NCBI RefSeq assembly: GCF_001194135.2
Contig: NC_069003.1
Coordinates: forward strand, 32,665,292-32,729,291
Length of the DNA: 64,000 nt
Reading direction: 5' to 3'
Origin: Octopus bimaculoides
Lineage: Eukaryota
This document shows, one piece after another, positions 1-12,500 of the stretch. Each line of letters starts with the position of its first letter. Within the stretch, counting starts at the first letter, position 1. The position numbers and the translations under genes are program-made. Below the pieces are notes generated by a model that ran no database searches, had not been told where the DNA came from, and saw only the letters and a list, made by a program, of their open reading frames with translations.

Positions 1-540
1 GTACGTACGTTCTTTCGTACGTTCGTACATACGTTCGCTCGTTCCTTCATATCATTTCTTCGTATGTACGTACCTTCGTTCTTTCGTTAGATCGTTTGTT
101 CGATCGTTCGTTTGTACGTCGTACGTACGTACGTTCGTTCGTTTGTCCGTACGTTTGTTCGTACGTTCGTTCGTACGTACGTTTGTTCGTTAATTCTTTC
201 GTTCGTTCGTTCTTTCGTTCCTCTGTTCGTTCAAACGTAAGGTCGCTCGTTCGTTCGTACGTATTTACGTTCGTTTTTTCTTTATTTCGCTCTTTAGTTC
301 GTTTGTTCTTTCTTTCGTTAGTACGAACGTGCGTTCGTTCGCTCGTTCCTTCGTACGTACGGCTGTTCGTTCGTTCGTACGTATGTATCTACATTTGTTC
401 GTTAAATCGTTTGGTCTATCGTTCGTTCGTACGTACGTACGTAATTACGTTTGTTCCTTCGTACCTACGTACGTTCGAAGGAACAAAAGAACGAACGAAC
501 GAACGATAGATAGATTGGACGTGCGAAAGAAAGAATAAAT

Positions 541-574
<34 letters not shown>

Positions 575-594
575 ACATATACATACATATACAT

Positions 595-625
<31 letters not shown>

Positions 626-3600
626 AATGAATATATATAAATAAATATATATATTTATTTATATGTATACGTTCGTTCGATCGTTCTTACGTACGTACGT
701 TCTTTCATTTGTACGCATGTACGTACCTACATACGTACGTTTGTTCTTTCGTTCGTTCGTTCGTACAATCCTTAATTTCGTTCGATCCTTCGTTCATACG
801 TACGTACGTTAGTTCGTTCTTTCTTACGTTCATTGGTACGGACGTACGTTCGTTCGTTCGTTAGTACGTAGGTACGAACGTACGTACGTTCGTTCGTTCG
901 ATCGTTCGTTTGTACGTACGATTGTTCGTGCGTACGTACGTACATTCGTTCTTTCGTTCGTTCATTCGTACATACTTACGTACGTACGTACGTACGTTCG
1001 TTCATTTGTCCGTTCGTTCGTACGTACGTTTGTTCGTGAATTCTTTAGTTCGATCGTTCGTTCGTTCTTTCGTTTGTCTGTTCATTCGAACGTAAGTTAG
1101 CTCGTTCGTTCGTAAATATGTACGTTCGTTTTTTCTTTATTTCTTTCTGTAGTTCGTTTGTTCTTTCTTTCGTTCGTACGCACGTTCGTTCGTACGTACA
1201 TACGTACTTTCGTTCGTTCGTTAGTTCGTACGTACGCATGTACGTACGTACACACGTTGGAACGCAAGTACGTACGTACGCACGTTCGTTCGGTCGTTCG
1301 TACGTATGTGCGTACCTTCGTAAGGTCTTTCGTTTGATCGTTCGTTCGTTCGTACGTACGTTAGTTCGTACGTACGTTCGTTCGTTCGATCATTCGTTTC
1401 TACCTTTATACGTACATACGTGCGTACGATTGTTCGTGCGTACTTACGTACCCTCGATCGTTTGTTCGTACGTACGTACGTACGTTTGTTCATTAATTCT
1501 TTCGTTCGATCGTTCGTTCGTACGTACGTACGTAATTACCTTCGTTCGTTCGTACTTACGTACGTTCGAAGGAACAAAAGAACGAACGGTAAGTACGTAC
1601 GAACGAACGAACGCTAGATTGGACGTGCGAAAGAATGAATAAATATATATATATATATATAAATAAATATATATATATAAATAAATAAACAAATATATAT
1701 ATATAAATAAATAAATAAAACAAATATATATATAAATAAATAAATAAAACAAAAGAATAAATATTTATATATATATAAATAAATAAATACATATATATAA
1801 ATAAATATACATATATAAATAAATATACGTTTGTTCTTTCGTTCGTTCGTTCGTATGTACTATCCTTCATTCGTACATACGTTCATTCGCACGTTCGTTC
1901 TGTCGTACGTACGGACGTATGAATGTTTCCGTTCACTCATTCGTTCGTCCGTACGTAAGTTCGTTTGTTGTTCTTTCGGTCGTTCGTCCTTTCGTACGTA
2001 AGTACGAACTTTCGTTCGTTCATTCGTTGGTTCATTCTTTCGTTAGTTCGTTCGTTCGTATGTACGTTCGTGCGTACGTACGTAGGTACCAACTTACGTA
2101 CGATCGTTCGTACGGACTTATCTACGTACGTTCGTTCGTTAGTTCGTATGTACGTACACACGTTGGTACGTACGCACGTCGTACGTACGTTCGTTCGTTC
2201 GTTCGGAAGTACGTACCTTCGTTAGTTCTTTCGTTCGTTCGTTCGATCGTTCGTTTGTACGTACGATTGTTCGTGCGTACGTACGTTCGTTCGTTCGTTC
2301 ATTCGTACATACTTACGTACGTACGTTCGTTCGTGCGTACGTTTGTTCGTTAATTCTTTAGTTCGATCGTTCTTTCGTTTGTCTGTTCATTCGAACATAA
2401 GTTAGCTCGTTCGTTCGTAAATATGTACGTTCGTTTTTTTCTTTATTTCTTTCTTTAGTTCTTTTGTTCTTTCTTTCGTTCGTACGTACATACGTACTTT
2501 CGTTCGTTCGTACGTACGTACATACTTTCGTTCGTTTATTCGTTCGTTCATACGTACGTACGTTCGTTTGTTCATTCATTGGTTCATTCTTGCGTTAGTT
2601 CGTTCGTTGGTACGTACGTATGTACGTTCGTTTGTTCATTCGTGCGTACGTACTATCGTTCGTTCGTTCGTACGTACTTATCTACGTACGTACGTTCGTT
2701 CGTACGTACGCATGTTCGTACGTACACACGTTGGAACGCAAGTACGTACGTACGCACATTCGTTCCGTCGTTCGTACGTACCTTCGTAAGTTCTTTCGTT
2801 TGATCGTTCGTTCGTACGTACGTTCGTTCGATCGTTCCTTTCTACGTACATACGTGCGTACGATTGTTCGTGCGTACGTATGTACCCTCGATCGTTCGGT
2901 TATTTGTTCGTCCGTTCATTTGTACGTACGTACGTACGTTCGTTCTTCCGTACGTACGTTTGTTCGTTAATTCTTTCGTTCAATCGTTCGTTCATCTGTT
3001 CGTTCAAACGTAAGGTCGCTCGTTCGTTCGTACATATCTACGTTCGTTTTTTCTTTAGTTCGTACGTACGTTTTTTCTTTAGTTCGTACGTACGTTCTTT
3101 CCTTGATTCGTACGTACGTACATAAGTACGTACGTACATCCGTTCGTTCGTTCGTACTTACGTACGTTCAAAGGAACATAAGAAAGAACGAAAGTACGTA
3201 AGTACGTACGAACGAACGATATATTGGACGTGCGAAAGAAAGAATAAATATATATATAAATAAACAAATATATATATATAAATAAATAAAAACGAAAGAA
3301 TATAAATATATATATATATATACGTTCGTTCGATCGTTCTTACGTACGTACGTTCGTTCGTTCTTTCATTCGTACGTATGTACGTACCTACATACGTACG
3401 TTTATTCTTTCGTTCGTTCGTTCGTACAATCCATAATTTCGTTCGATCCTTCGTTCAAACGTTGTACGTTAGTTCGTTCATTAGTACGTAGGTACGAAAG
3501 TACGTACGTTCCTGCGTTTGTTCGTACTTACGTACGTTCGAAGGAACAAAAGAACGAACGAACGATAGATTGGACGTGCGAAATAAATATATATATATAT

Positions 3601-3641
3601 ATATATAAATAAATATAAATAAATATATATATAATTAAATA

Positions 3642-3687
<46 letters not shown>

Positions 3688-5187
3688 AATGAATATCTAT
3701 ATATATAAATAAATATATGTGCATATATATATTCGATCCTTCGTTCATACGTACGTACGTTAGTTCATTCGTTCTTACGTTCATTCGTACGGACGTACGT
3801 TCGTTCGTTTGTTCGTTCATACGTAGGTACGAACGTACGTTCTTTCGTTCGTTCGTACATACGTAATTACGTACGTACGTTCTTTTGTTCGTTCGTTCGC
3901 GCGTTCCTTCATTTCTTTTCTTCGTTCTTTCGTTCGTTCGTATGTATGTACTATCCTTCATTCGTACATACGTTCATTCGCTCGTTCGTTCTTTCGTACG
4001 TACGGACATATGAATATGTTTTCGTTCGTCCGTACGTAAGTTCGTTTGTTGTTCTTTCGTTCGTTCATACGTACGTTCGTTTGTTCTTTCTTTTCTTCGT
4101 ACGCACGTACGTTCGTTCGTTCGTACGTACCTTCATTCGTTCGTACGTATGCACATTCGTCCGTTCGTTTGTTCATTCTTTCCTTAGTTCGTTCGTTCAT
4201 TCGTAGGTACGTTCGTTTGTTCATTCGTGCGTACGTACTTAGGTACGATCGCTCGTTCGTGCGTACGTACTTAGGTACGATCGCTCGTTCGTGCGTACGT
4301 ACTTATCTACGTACGTAGGTTGGTTCGTACGTACGCTTGCACGTACGTACATACGTTGGTACGCAAGTACGTACGTACGCAAGGTCTTTCGTACGTACGT
4401 ACGTACGTACCTTCGATAGTTCTTTCGTTCGTTCGTATTTACGTTCGTATGTACGTTCGTTTTTTCTTTATTTCGTTTGATCTTTCTTTCGTTCGTTCGT
4501 TCGTACATACATACGTACTATCGTTTGTTCAATCTTTCGTTCGTTCGTACGTACTTTCGTTCGTTCATTTGTTCCTTCGTTCGTACGTATGTACCTACAT
4601 TTGTTCGTTAAATCGTTTGTTCTATCGTTCGTTCCTTCTTTCGTTCTTTAATTCATTCGTTCGTACGTACGTAATTACGTACGTTCGAAGGAACAAAAGA
4701 ACGAACGAAAGTACGTAAGAACGAAAGAATAAATATATATATATATAAATACATAAACAAATATACATATATCAATAAATATATATATATATATATATAC
4801 GTTCGTTCGATCTTACGTACGTACGTTCGTTCGTTCATTCGTACGTACCTACATACGTACGTTTGTTCTTTCGTTCGTTCGTACAATCCTTAATTTCGTT
4901 CGATCCTTCGTTCATACGTACGTAGGTTAGTTCGTTCTTACGTTCATAGGTCAGTACGTAGGTACGAACGTACGTAAGTTCCTTCGTTCGTTCGTACATA
5001 CGTAATTACGTACGTACGTTCGCTCGTTCCTTCATTTCTTTTCTTCGTTCGTACGTACTATCGTTCATTCGCTCGTTCGTACGTAAGGACGTATGAATAT
5101 GTTTCCGTTCGCTCGTTCGTTCGTATGTATGTACGTTCGTCTTTTCTTTATTTCGTTCTTTAGTTGTTCCTTTCGTTCGTACGCACG
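1..5187. repeat. Tetranucleotide-mosaic (TCGT/ACGT) satellite with irregular higher-order units of ~0.35-1.6 kb
   Basis: Near-continuous 4-bp periodicity. Landmark TTGGACGTGCG at 515, 1619, 3224 and 3570 with a truncated fifth unit near 4686-4730, each followed by an AT block. Other recurring landmarks include TACAATCC(T/A)TAATTTCGTTCGATCC at ~763, ~3424, ~4881. Confidence 0.95.
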
Positions 5188-5288
5188 NNNNNNNNNNNNN
5201 NNNNNNNNNNNNNNNNNNNNNNNNNNNNNNNNNNNNNNNNNNNNNNNNNNNNNNNNNNNNNNNNNNNNNNNNNNNNNNNNNNNNNNNT

Positions 5289-5661
5289 GTAGGACCACTG
5301 GCACAGAGGGGTTTCTATTTGCTGCTTCCTTGGCTCCCCTATCGTTTTCTGCCTGGTTGTTCATAGGAGTGGATGATCCATTCTTTTGAGGAGCCACTGG
5401 GTCAGAGAGACTTCCGGGTGTTTTTTCCTTTTCCTCCTCTCCATCCTTATCAGCCTTTCCACCATGGTTTCCGATTATGACATCTAGGGTGTCAATGTGT
5501 GGTCTGATGAGTGCATACGAGCGAAGGAATTCATTCTTCTTCCGCTCTATCTGATCAGTGGTTCTGTGAAAGCCATTATTCTTCAGTGCAGCAGTGATGA
5601 TGTTGTTTGGGGGATCGCCACTAGCAATCGTCCATGCCCGCAACAGAAGATCTAACTCTTT
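5289..5661 (-). CDS. Myb/SANT-like (trihelix) domain coding fragment; host gene or element unknown
   Basis: Open frame of ~124 codons up to the gap: KELDLLLRAWTIASGDPPNNIITAALKNNGFHRTTDQIERKKNEFLRSY resembles the trihelix pattern ExxLLxxW...L...G..RT..Q...K......Y. Possible acceptor attcag| at 5663-5662. More GC-rich than its flanks. Confidence 0.5.
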
Positions 5662-5664
5662 CTG

Positions 5665-5915
5665 AATATATGAATAAATAATATATATATATAAATAAAT
5701 ATATATATAAATAAATAAATAATATATTTATAAATAAATAAATATATATATATATAAATAATTAAATATATATATATAAATAATTAAATATATATATATA
5801 AATAATTAAATATATATATATAAATAATTAAATATATATATATAAATAATTAAATATATATAAATAAATAAATAAATATACATATAAATAAATAAATATA
5901 CATATATATATATAT
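5665..5915. repeat. AT-tetramer block with a ~20-22 bp tandem unit (aaataattaaatatatatatat)
   Basis: About five tandem copies at 5755-5865; same ATAA/ATAT grammar as the AT blocks inside the satellite. Confidence 0.85.
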
Positions 5916-6092
5916 GGGAGAATGTACAAAAAAAACAACAACAGACGAAGACAGGTGGTGTAAGCAACAAAAGGATGTATTAGTTTGACGCTCAGGAATA
6001 CAGAAAGTCTTAAACTTTTTCGAGCTACGCTCTTCAACAGAAAGAACACGGAAAAAAAAAATTGAATGGTCTGGTCAACGATCTATCATGGC

Positions 6093-6142
<50 letters not shown>

Positions 6143-7214
6143 NNNNNNNNNNNNNNNNNNNNNNNNNNNNNNNNNNNNNNNNNNNNNNNNNNNNNNNNNN
6201 NNNNNNNNNNNNNNNNNNNNNNNNNNNNNNNNNNNNNNNNNNNNNNNNNNNNNNNNNNNNNNNNNNNNNNNNNNNNNNNNNNNNNNNNNNNNNNNNNNNN
6301 NNNNNNNNNNNNNNNNNNNNNNNNNNNNNNNNNNNNNNNNNNNNNNNNNNNNNNNNNNNNNNNNNNNNNNNNNNNNNNNNNNNNNNNNNNNNNNNNNNNN
6401 NNNNNNNNNNNNNNNNNNNNNNNNNNNNNNNNNNNNNNNNNNNNNNNNNNNNNNNNNNNNNNNNNNNNNNNNNNNNNNNNNNNNNNNNNNNNNNNNNNNN
6501 NNNNNNNNNNNNNNNNNNNNNNNNNNNNNNNNNNNNNNNNNNNNNNNNNNNNNNNNNNNNNNNNNNNNNNNNNNNNNNNNNNNNNNNNNNNNNNNNNNNN
6601 NNNNNNNNNNNNNNNNNNNNNNNNNNNNNNNNNNNNNNNNNNNNNNNNNNNNNNNNNNNNNNNNNNNNNNNNNNNNNNNNNNNNNNNNNNNNNNNNNNNN
6701 NNNNNNNNNNNNNNNNNNNNNNNNNNNNNNNNNNNNNNNNNNNNNNNNNNNNNNNNNNNNNNNNNNNNNNNNNNNNNNNNNNNNNNNNNNNNNNNNNNNN
6801 NNNNNNNNNNNNNNNNNNNNNNNNNNNNNNNNNNNNNNNNNNNNNNNNNNNNNNNNNNNNNNNNNNNNNNNNNNNNNNNNNNNNNNNNNNNNNNNNNNNN
6901 NNNNNNNNNNNNNNNNNNNNNNNNNNNNNNNNNNNNNNNNNNNNNNNNNNNNNNNNNNNNNNNNNNNNNNNNNNNNNNNNNNNNNNNNNNNNNNNNNNNN
7001 NNNNNNNNNNNNNNNNNNNNNNNNNNNNNNNNNNNNNNNNNNNNNNNNNNNNNNNNNNNNNNNNNNNNNNNNNNNNNNNNNNNNNNNNNNNNNNNNNNNN
7101 NNNNNNNNNNNNNNNNNNNNNNNNNNNNNNNNCATGCTGGTGCACTGCACTCATATAAATATATATATATATATATATACACATTTATATCACTCAATAT
7201 ATTGCTTAACCCAG

Positions 7215-7244
7215 GAGACTTGCTCAAGGTGGTCTGGTCTGCAA
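7215..7244 (+). CDS. Candidate 30-nt exon of an unidentified plus-strand gene
   Basis: cccag| acceptor (weak pyrimidine tract) and CAA|GTAATA donor; joins the 7415 exon across a 170-nt GT-AG intron with open frames. Confidence 0.3.
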
Positions 7245-7414
7245 GTAATACTGTGTCTACAATCCCATTATTGGGAAGTTAATTTGTTTATAACAATAAA
7301 TAAGCCCATATCATGTTAGTAGTTTTCTAAAAGGAAAAAATTTTCATACTCACACATATTACCAGTATTTCTTGTTTGTACATCTAAACGAGTGCAATTT
7401 TATTTTATTTTCAG

Positions 7415-7518
7415 GCCATCCTACTCAATGGCAGAATTTAACCCTAGCTGGAATGGACGGTGTAGCACATGGCAAAGTTGGAAAGAATAGCGTGTCGGTG
7501 CTAGTGGATCATTTTTAA
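7415..7518 (+). CDS. Candidate terminal coding exon of an unidentified plus-strand gene convergent with ZFAND5/6
   Basis: Strong acceptor tttattttattttcag| and a GC-richer island. Frame A: HPTQWQNLTLAGMDGVAHGKVGKNSVSVLVDHF*. Frame B: PSYSMAEFNPSWNGRCSTWQSWKE*. AATAAA at 7684. Confidence 0.5.
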
Positions 7519-7699
7519 TTCTTTTAGAAACATTTTGCTGGAACACTGTGGCAATAAGCAAAGCCACTTAACACATTCCTGCCTACTTACCAAAGACACT
7601 GATAAAACATATCAGCTCTTCTGAAAACATTTCTGCAGCTGTTCAGCCAAAACCACAACACATTACAGACTGCAAAACAATGAAATAAAATACGAAAAC

Positions 7700-9450
7700 G
7701 AGAGAACATAGACAGGCAACAACAATTTGATATTTAGTTCAATCACCTCACATTTGCTGTTGAGTCAAACATCACTAACCAGACTGTAAAACAATTTAGA
7801 AAGGGAAATAAAATGAAGATGAGAGAGAAAAAAAAACTAAGGTAATAATTAAATTAGTGGAAGGTTTAATTTCTTATCCATCTATGAGCACCAAAACTAC
7901 AGATTTTCCAGTTATGCGATCAGAGAGTTTAATTTTTTTTTTCTCTGGAGGTGTGTGTAGGGAGAGAGAATACTGAGACAGGGAACTGTTTGAAAACTAA
8001 GCACTCATTACTGAAAGCAAACATAAAAAATATAAGGTCAGTTTTCTCCTGTAGAAAGAGGATATGATGAAATTTGTCTAAAACTAAGTAAAACTACATC
8101 TTCCTCTATCTAATGTATGCAAAGTTTCAATGCGGTCATATATATATATTTTGTATTTAGGCAGAAACTTTCAATGGCATTATAAATCTGAATAAGAGTC
8201 TACAAATTCATTATTTCAAAAATATTCTTTTCCATGTATGTTAATATCTCAAGCTGTGTGCCGAATTGTTTTTTGTCTCAAAATATGATTAAGAGGGCAG
8301 CAAATATAATGTTAGATAAGCTTCAAATTAAGTTTAGTTTAAGATACGTAAATGGCTTTTTTTTTTTTTAAATGTCTAGTTTATGTAATAGTAGTGATTG
8401 TCATGACAATACAACCTCACTTCTTTGATACTGGTCTGAACAGCTAAGAAATATATGAAGGAACAATTTTTTTTTGTCTTCTTCCCCTCAAAACACTTTG
8501 CTTTGATGCTACTCTGGCTGAAGAGCTATGAAATATAAATAGAACCAGTTTTTCTTTCTCGAGCAAATTGCCTGATTCAGTATATAAACTACTCAACTAC
8601 TTTTCAACAGACAGACAGTTCTTAATGTTTTAAAGTAGGCAGGCAAAGAAAGCTGAAGTTATAAGAAGTTATTGTATCAAACTATTTCTATTGTGAATAA
8701 AATTTAGACACAAGAAAAAAAGATGGCAGCTTAGATAGGAGGATTAATTTGTATTTGAATTAAAAAATAATAATAATAATAATAATAATAATAATTTGGA
8801 AGAGTATCTTGCTCAATTTTTATTCCAGTTTGATACAATTAAAATTCAGTAATGATTTCATTCAATTGATCAATCAGCTTAAGCCTTTAAAAACTAACTT
8901 GGAACAAGGATTGTAATAGATCTTTGAAAGTGACAATTTTGTACAGAAGATTTTTTTAAAAGTATATATTGATATTCAGAAATAATCTTCCAGTCTTGTT
9001 ATTAATTACATTTACAATATATGTATAAGAAAAAAAAAATGTATTATAATGTATATATATGTTAAACACAATGCATGTGTGTATACAGAATAAATAACAA
9101 TTCTTGCTTGTGGTTGTTTATTTCAAATACTTATTCACAACTATTTTAAAAATTAAAAAAAGCGTAAAATCTTTTAAAGGATTTTAAATCTGAGCACAAA
9201 AGTGCCATGCTTTCAATGAAAAGTATCAAGGCAAATAATGGCTGCTAGCAGGAAGAAGAAAAAATTCAATCCAACAAAACAAAAACTAGTTTTATAAGCC
9301 TGCGTCACCTGACCAAATGTAATTTTTCACAAGACAAAAACCTCACACACAAATAATAAACATCACTTAATTGTGGAAGAATTAGTTTGTTGCTGGAAAA
9401 CTTTCATATAGTAAAAGATTATTATTATTACTAATAAACATTAAAATATA

Positions 9451-9507
<57 letters not shown>

Positions 9508-12500
9508 AAGCAAATGGTTTTAGATTAAGAAAAATAAATAACAAAAATAACTGCATTGATGTATTAACTGCATTTTTAAATTATGAAAAATTACTTCCTA
9601 AGTTACAAGTACTTAATTTAAAATGTAACAAGGATTAAAATACATTTTACAATTTATTATTTTTTAAAATTAGACTAAATCAAACCAGCAGGCATTCAGA
9701 AATGGGGAGTTTGTCTTTTTCCAAAAGAAAAATGGGAAAAAAACTTTTTATATAAGAATCTTACAAAAATACTATTTCATGAAGTCTGGTTGTTTGTTTT
9801 TGCAGGGTTTGGGGCTGGACTCCAACAAGTCTTAGAAGTGGCAGGAAATAATATTACTTGCACCTCAACACAACTGATTAAGTTAGATGGGGGGGGGGGG
9901 GAGCCCTAAAGATATATATTTAGCAAGAGGGTTAGTTTTAATAGAAATTAATATTAAATATACAGCTCACATACACCACAAAGTCAAACATGCCTTTGGT
10001 AAATATATATATATATATACATATATAGTGTAAAGAAAATACTTAGTGATTTTACAATGTTGTTTTGGATTATTTGCAGTATTAAAAACAAAATGCACAA
10101 ACATACACACACACACACACAGCAATTATAATTGTGGGAGAGCAATTTTAGTCATCTGAAAATACGAAACTTGTATTTAATTTTTAGTTTTTCCTTGCCA
10201 AAATTTCTGTCACACAACTGCAACCAGGTCGCAAGTGGTGCAAAGGAAATTTTGAATCAAGGAGAAATAAATGAAAATGAACTTAGCAGTTTGGTTATAT
10301 TTTTAGATGGCTAAAACGGTTCTTGCATGGTATAACAGTTTCAATTTCAACATATCAAAATCACTTGCTAGAACAATTCTAAAATAGATACAGGTTTGAC
10401 AAGTGCAATACACGAAACTCTTGGTCCTTGAGTCACTTATCTAGCTGTACAGCTAAATTATATATGTATATACACACCTATACACAAATAAATATATATA
10501 CACACACAGAGATAATATATATACACAAAAAAAACCCATTCTATTCCTGAAACTAAATGGCAACTATTTTACATAAGTTGGAAACAAAAGAAGAAAAATG
10601 TTGCAGTTATTAAATTAGATAATTTATGAACAAGCTTTTTACTTAATAAGAAATTTATTATCCTTATATATGAGTGACCAAGGCAATCAGCTAATTTGCT
10701 GATCGAAATACAGTGTGTGTGTGTGTGTGTGTGTATGAGTGTGTGAAGGAAGAACTTTTGTTTTATACACAAATGCCAATTCCGTAACAACAGAAAGAGC
10801 ATTTTCATTTGAAAGGCTGGAATGGGATGGATAGAGAGTAAACAGTTTAAAGAATGCAGTGTGGTAAAATATAAGTTGTGAACAGTATCTAGAGAGAGTT
10901 GAAAAATAAAAACAATTCATAGGTAAATGGGGGAAAAATGTGGACAATTTATTGAACTTCTGTAACAGCACAAAAATACTCAAAAGCATTTAGAAATTAT
11001 ATAGAAATCTTCCATGGATAGCACAAGGAAGAAGACAAAATATATGCTTGACATACCATAAAGATGGATGGGAGTAAAAACAAAGAAAACCCAGCAGTCT
11101 TTGGAAGATTTAGTTATGGATAAATGAAGTTTAAGAAGATTATTAAATTGTCAGTAATAACACATTGATAATTATTAGTCTGCTAAAAAAGATCTTGTGA
11201 TAAAATGTTAATAGGAAGCTGGGTTTAAAGCCTGAATATAGTAAAAATAAATGATTATTATTAGAATAGAAGTCTTAGGTTGCACTAAGCACTCCAACTG
11301 GCCTGTCATTTATGTTGGAAGTTTTAGTGAAATCTGGTCTGGTATCAAAAAAACCTCGGTAACCTACATGGAAACGACAACTAGTTAAATGCTAATTAAG
11401 ATTTTAGTGGTAATCCAGATAACTTTCAATCAAGCAAAATTTCAACATTCCATTGTGTAAGTGAATATTTGGCAGAGTCAAAAGATTGGACAGTTTGAGA
11501 GAGCCATGTCAAAATACCCAAATAAATTTCTGTTAGGAAATTCAAGTGACTTCCATTTCAGATTTCAGCCAAATAAAACAAAAAAAAAAAAAAAAATTAA
11601 CAAGGAAAATGTAATCTTAAAAAAAAAGCTGTACTCTTCTGTTCCTAGCAATACTAAAATCAAAAAAATCATAGAAATAATTAAAAGATACTTCTAATGT
11701 CATATTAGAGAGATTTCTAACAAAGAAATTCAATCCCCTTCTCGCTAGATCATCCAAGATACTCAAGCTTTCAAGAAGAAAAGGTTGCTGGGAATTAAGA
11801 TTTTTCACATCCATTTGTGTTCTCACTTTTGCTAAGATTTCATTTTTTTTTTTTTTCTTTAAATTTAAAAGGAGAAGGATTGAAATCACCAACCAATAAT
11901 GTCTCAATAATTTCAAAAGACAATGGATCCATTTATTGGCTAAATGTGGAAATTACATTTAAGATCAACAAATTCAGGGCAGAAATCCACAAGTCAATTA
12001 TTACACAGAACCCATCTTAGATGATCACTGGTAATTAGGATGAAGAGCAGAACAGTTTTTAAACGAGCTCTCTTGATATTGGCAGATAAGATAAAAGCAA
12101 AACTTTAATTTAAAAGAGGAATAATAAATAATTTTTAAAATAATATTAAAGCTAAATAAAGAGTGAAGTTGTAGATTAGTGTAGAATTGGTGGACATGAG
12201 AGTTAACTCCAACCTATTTCTTGAAGCAAAATCGTTTTAAAAGGAAAATATTAATTTGATCCTAAGAATTATGACAAGTTATAGCAAAGGCTGTTCTAAA
12301 AAAAAGAAAATCCAACCAAATAGTCACTTTCTTTTAAGACATTTCCTTTCTTTTTTGTTTTGTTTTTTGTCATTACACAATAGTTTTCCTTCTCTCCAAA
12401 TCACAGAAGCTAACGACTCCCAAAGTTAAGGAGTCATGGACCATGAGTCTTTTTTTTTCTTTTAAGGGTGTTTGTTTTTAAATCATTTAATTAGATGAAA

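Noticed and set aside
96-5187. Numerous 60-174 aa ORFs rich in YVR/SFV/TNE
   Set aside because: They are translations of the 4-bp periodic satellite, which rarely produces stops; no splice or start context.
1-5187. CRISPR-like or coded repeat-spacer array
   Set aside because: No constant repeat alternating with unique spacers; the DNA is eukaryotic and has no cas genes.
6034-7319. 350-417 aa ORFs
   Set aside because: They run through the N gap at 6143-7132 and (TA)n; artefacts.
10014-10525. Cluster of Pumilio-like TGTATATA motifs in the putative 3' UTR
   Set aside because: All lie in TA/CA microsatellite context where the octamer is expected by chance.
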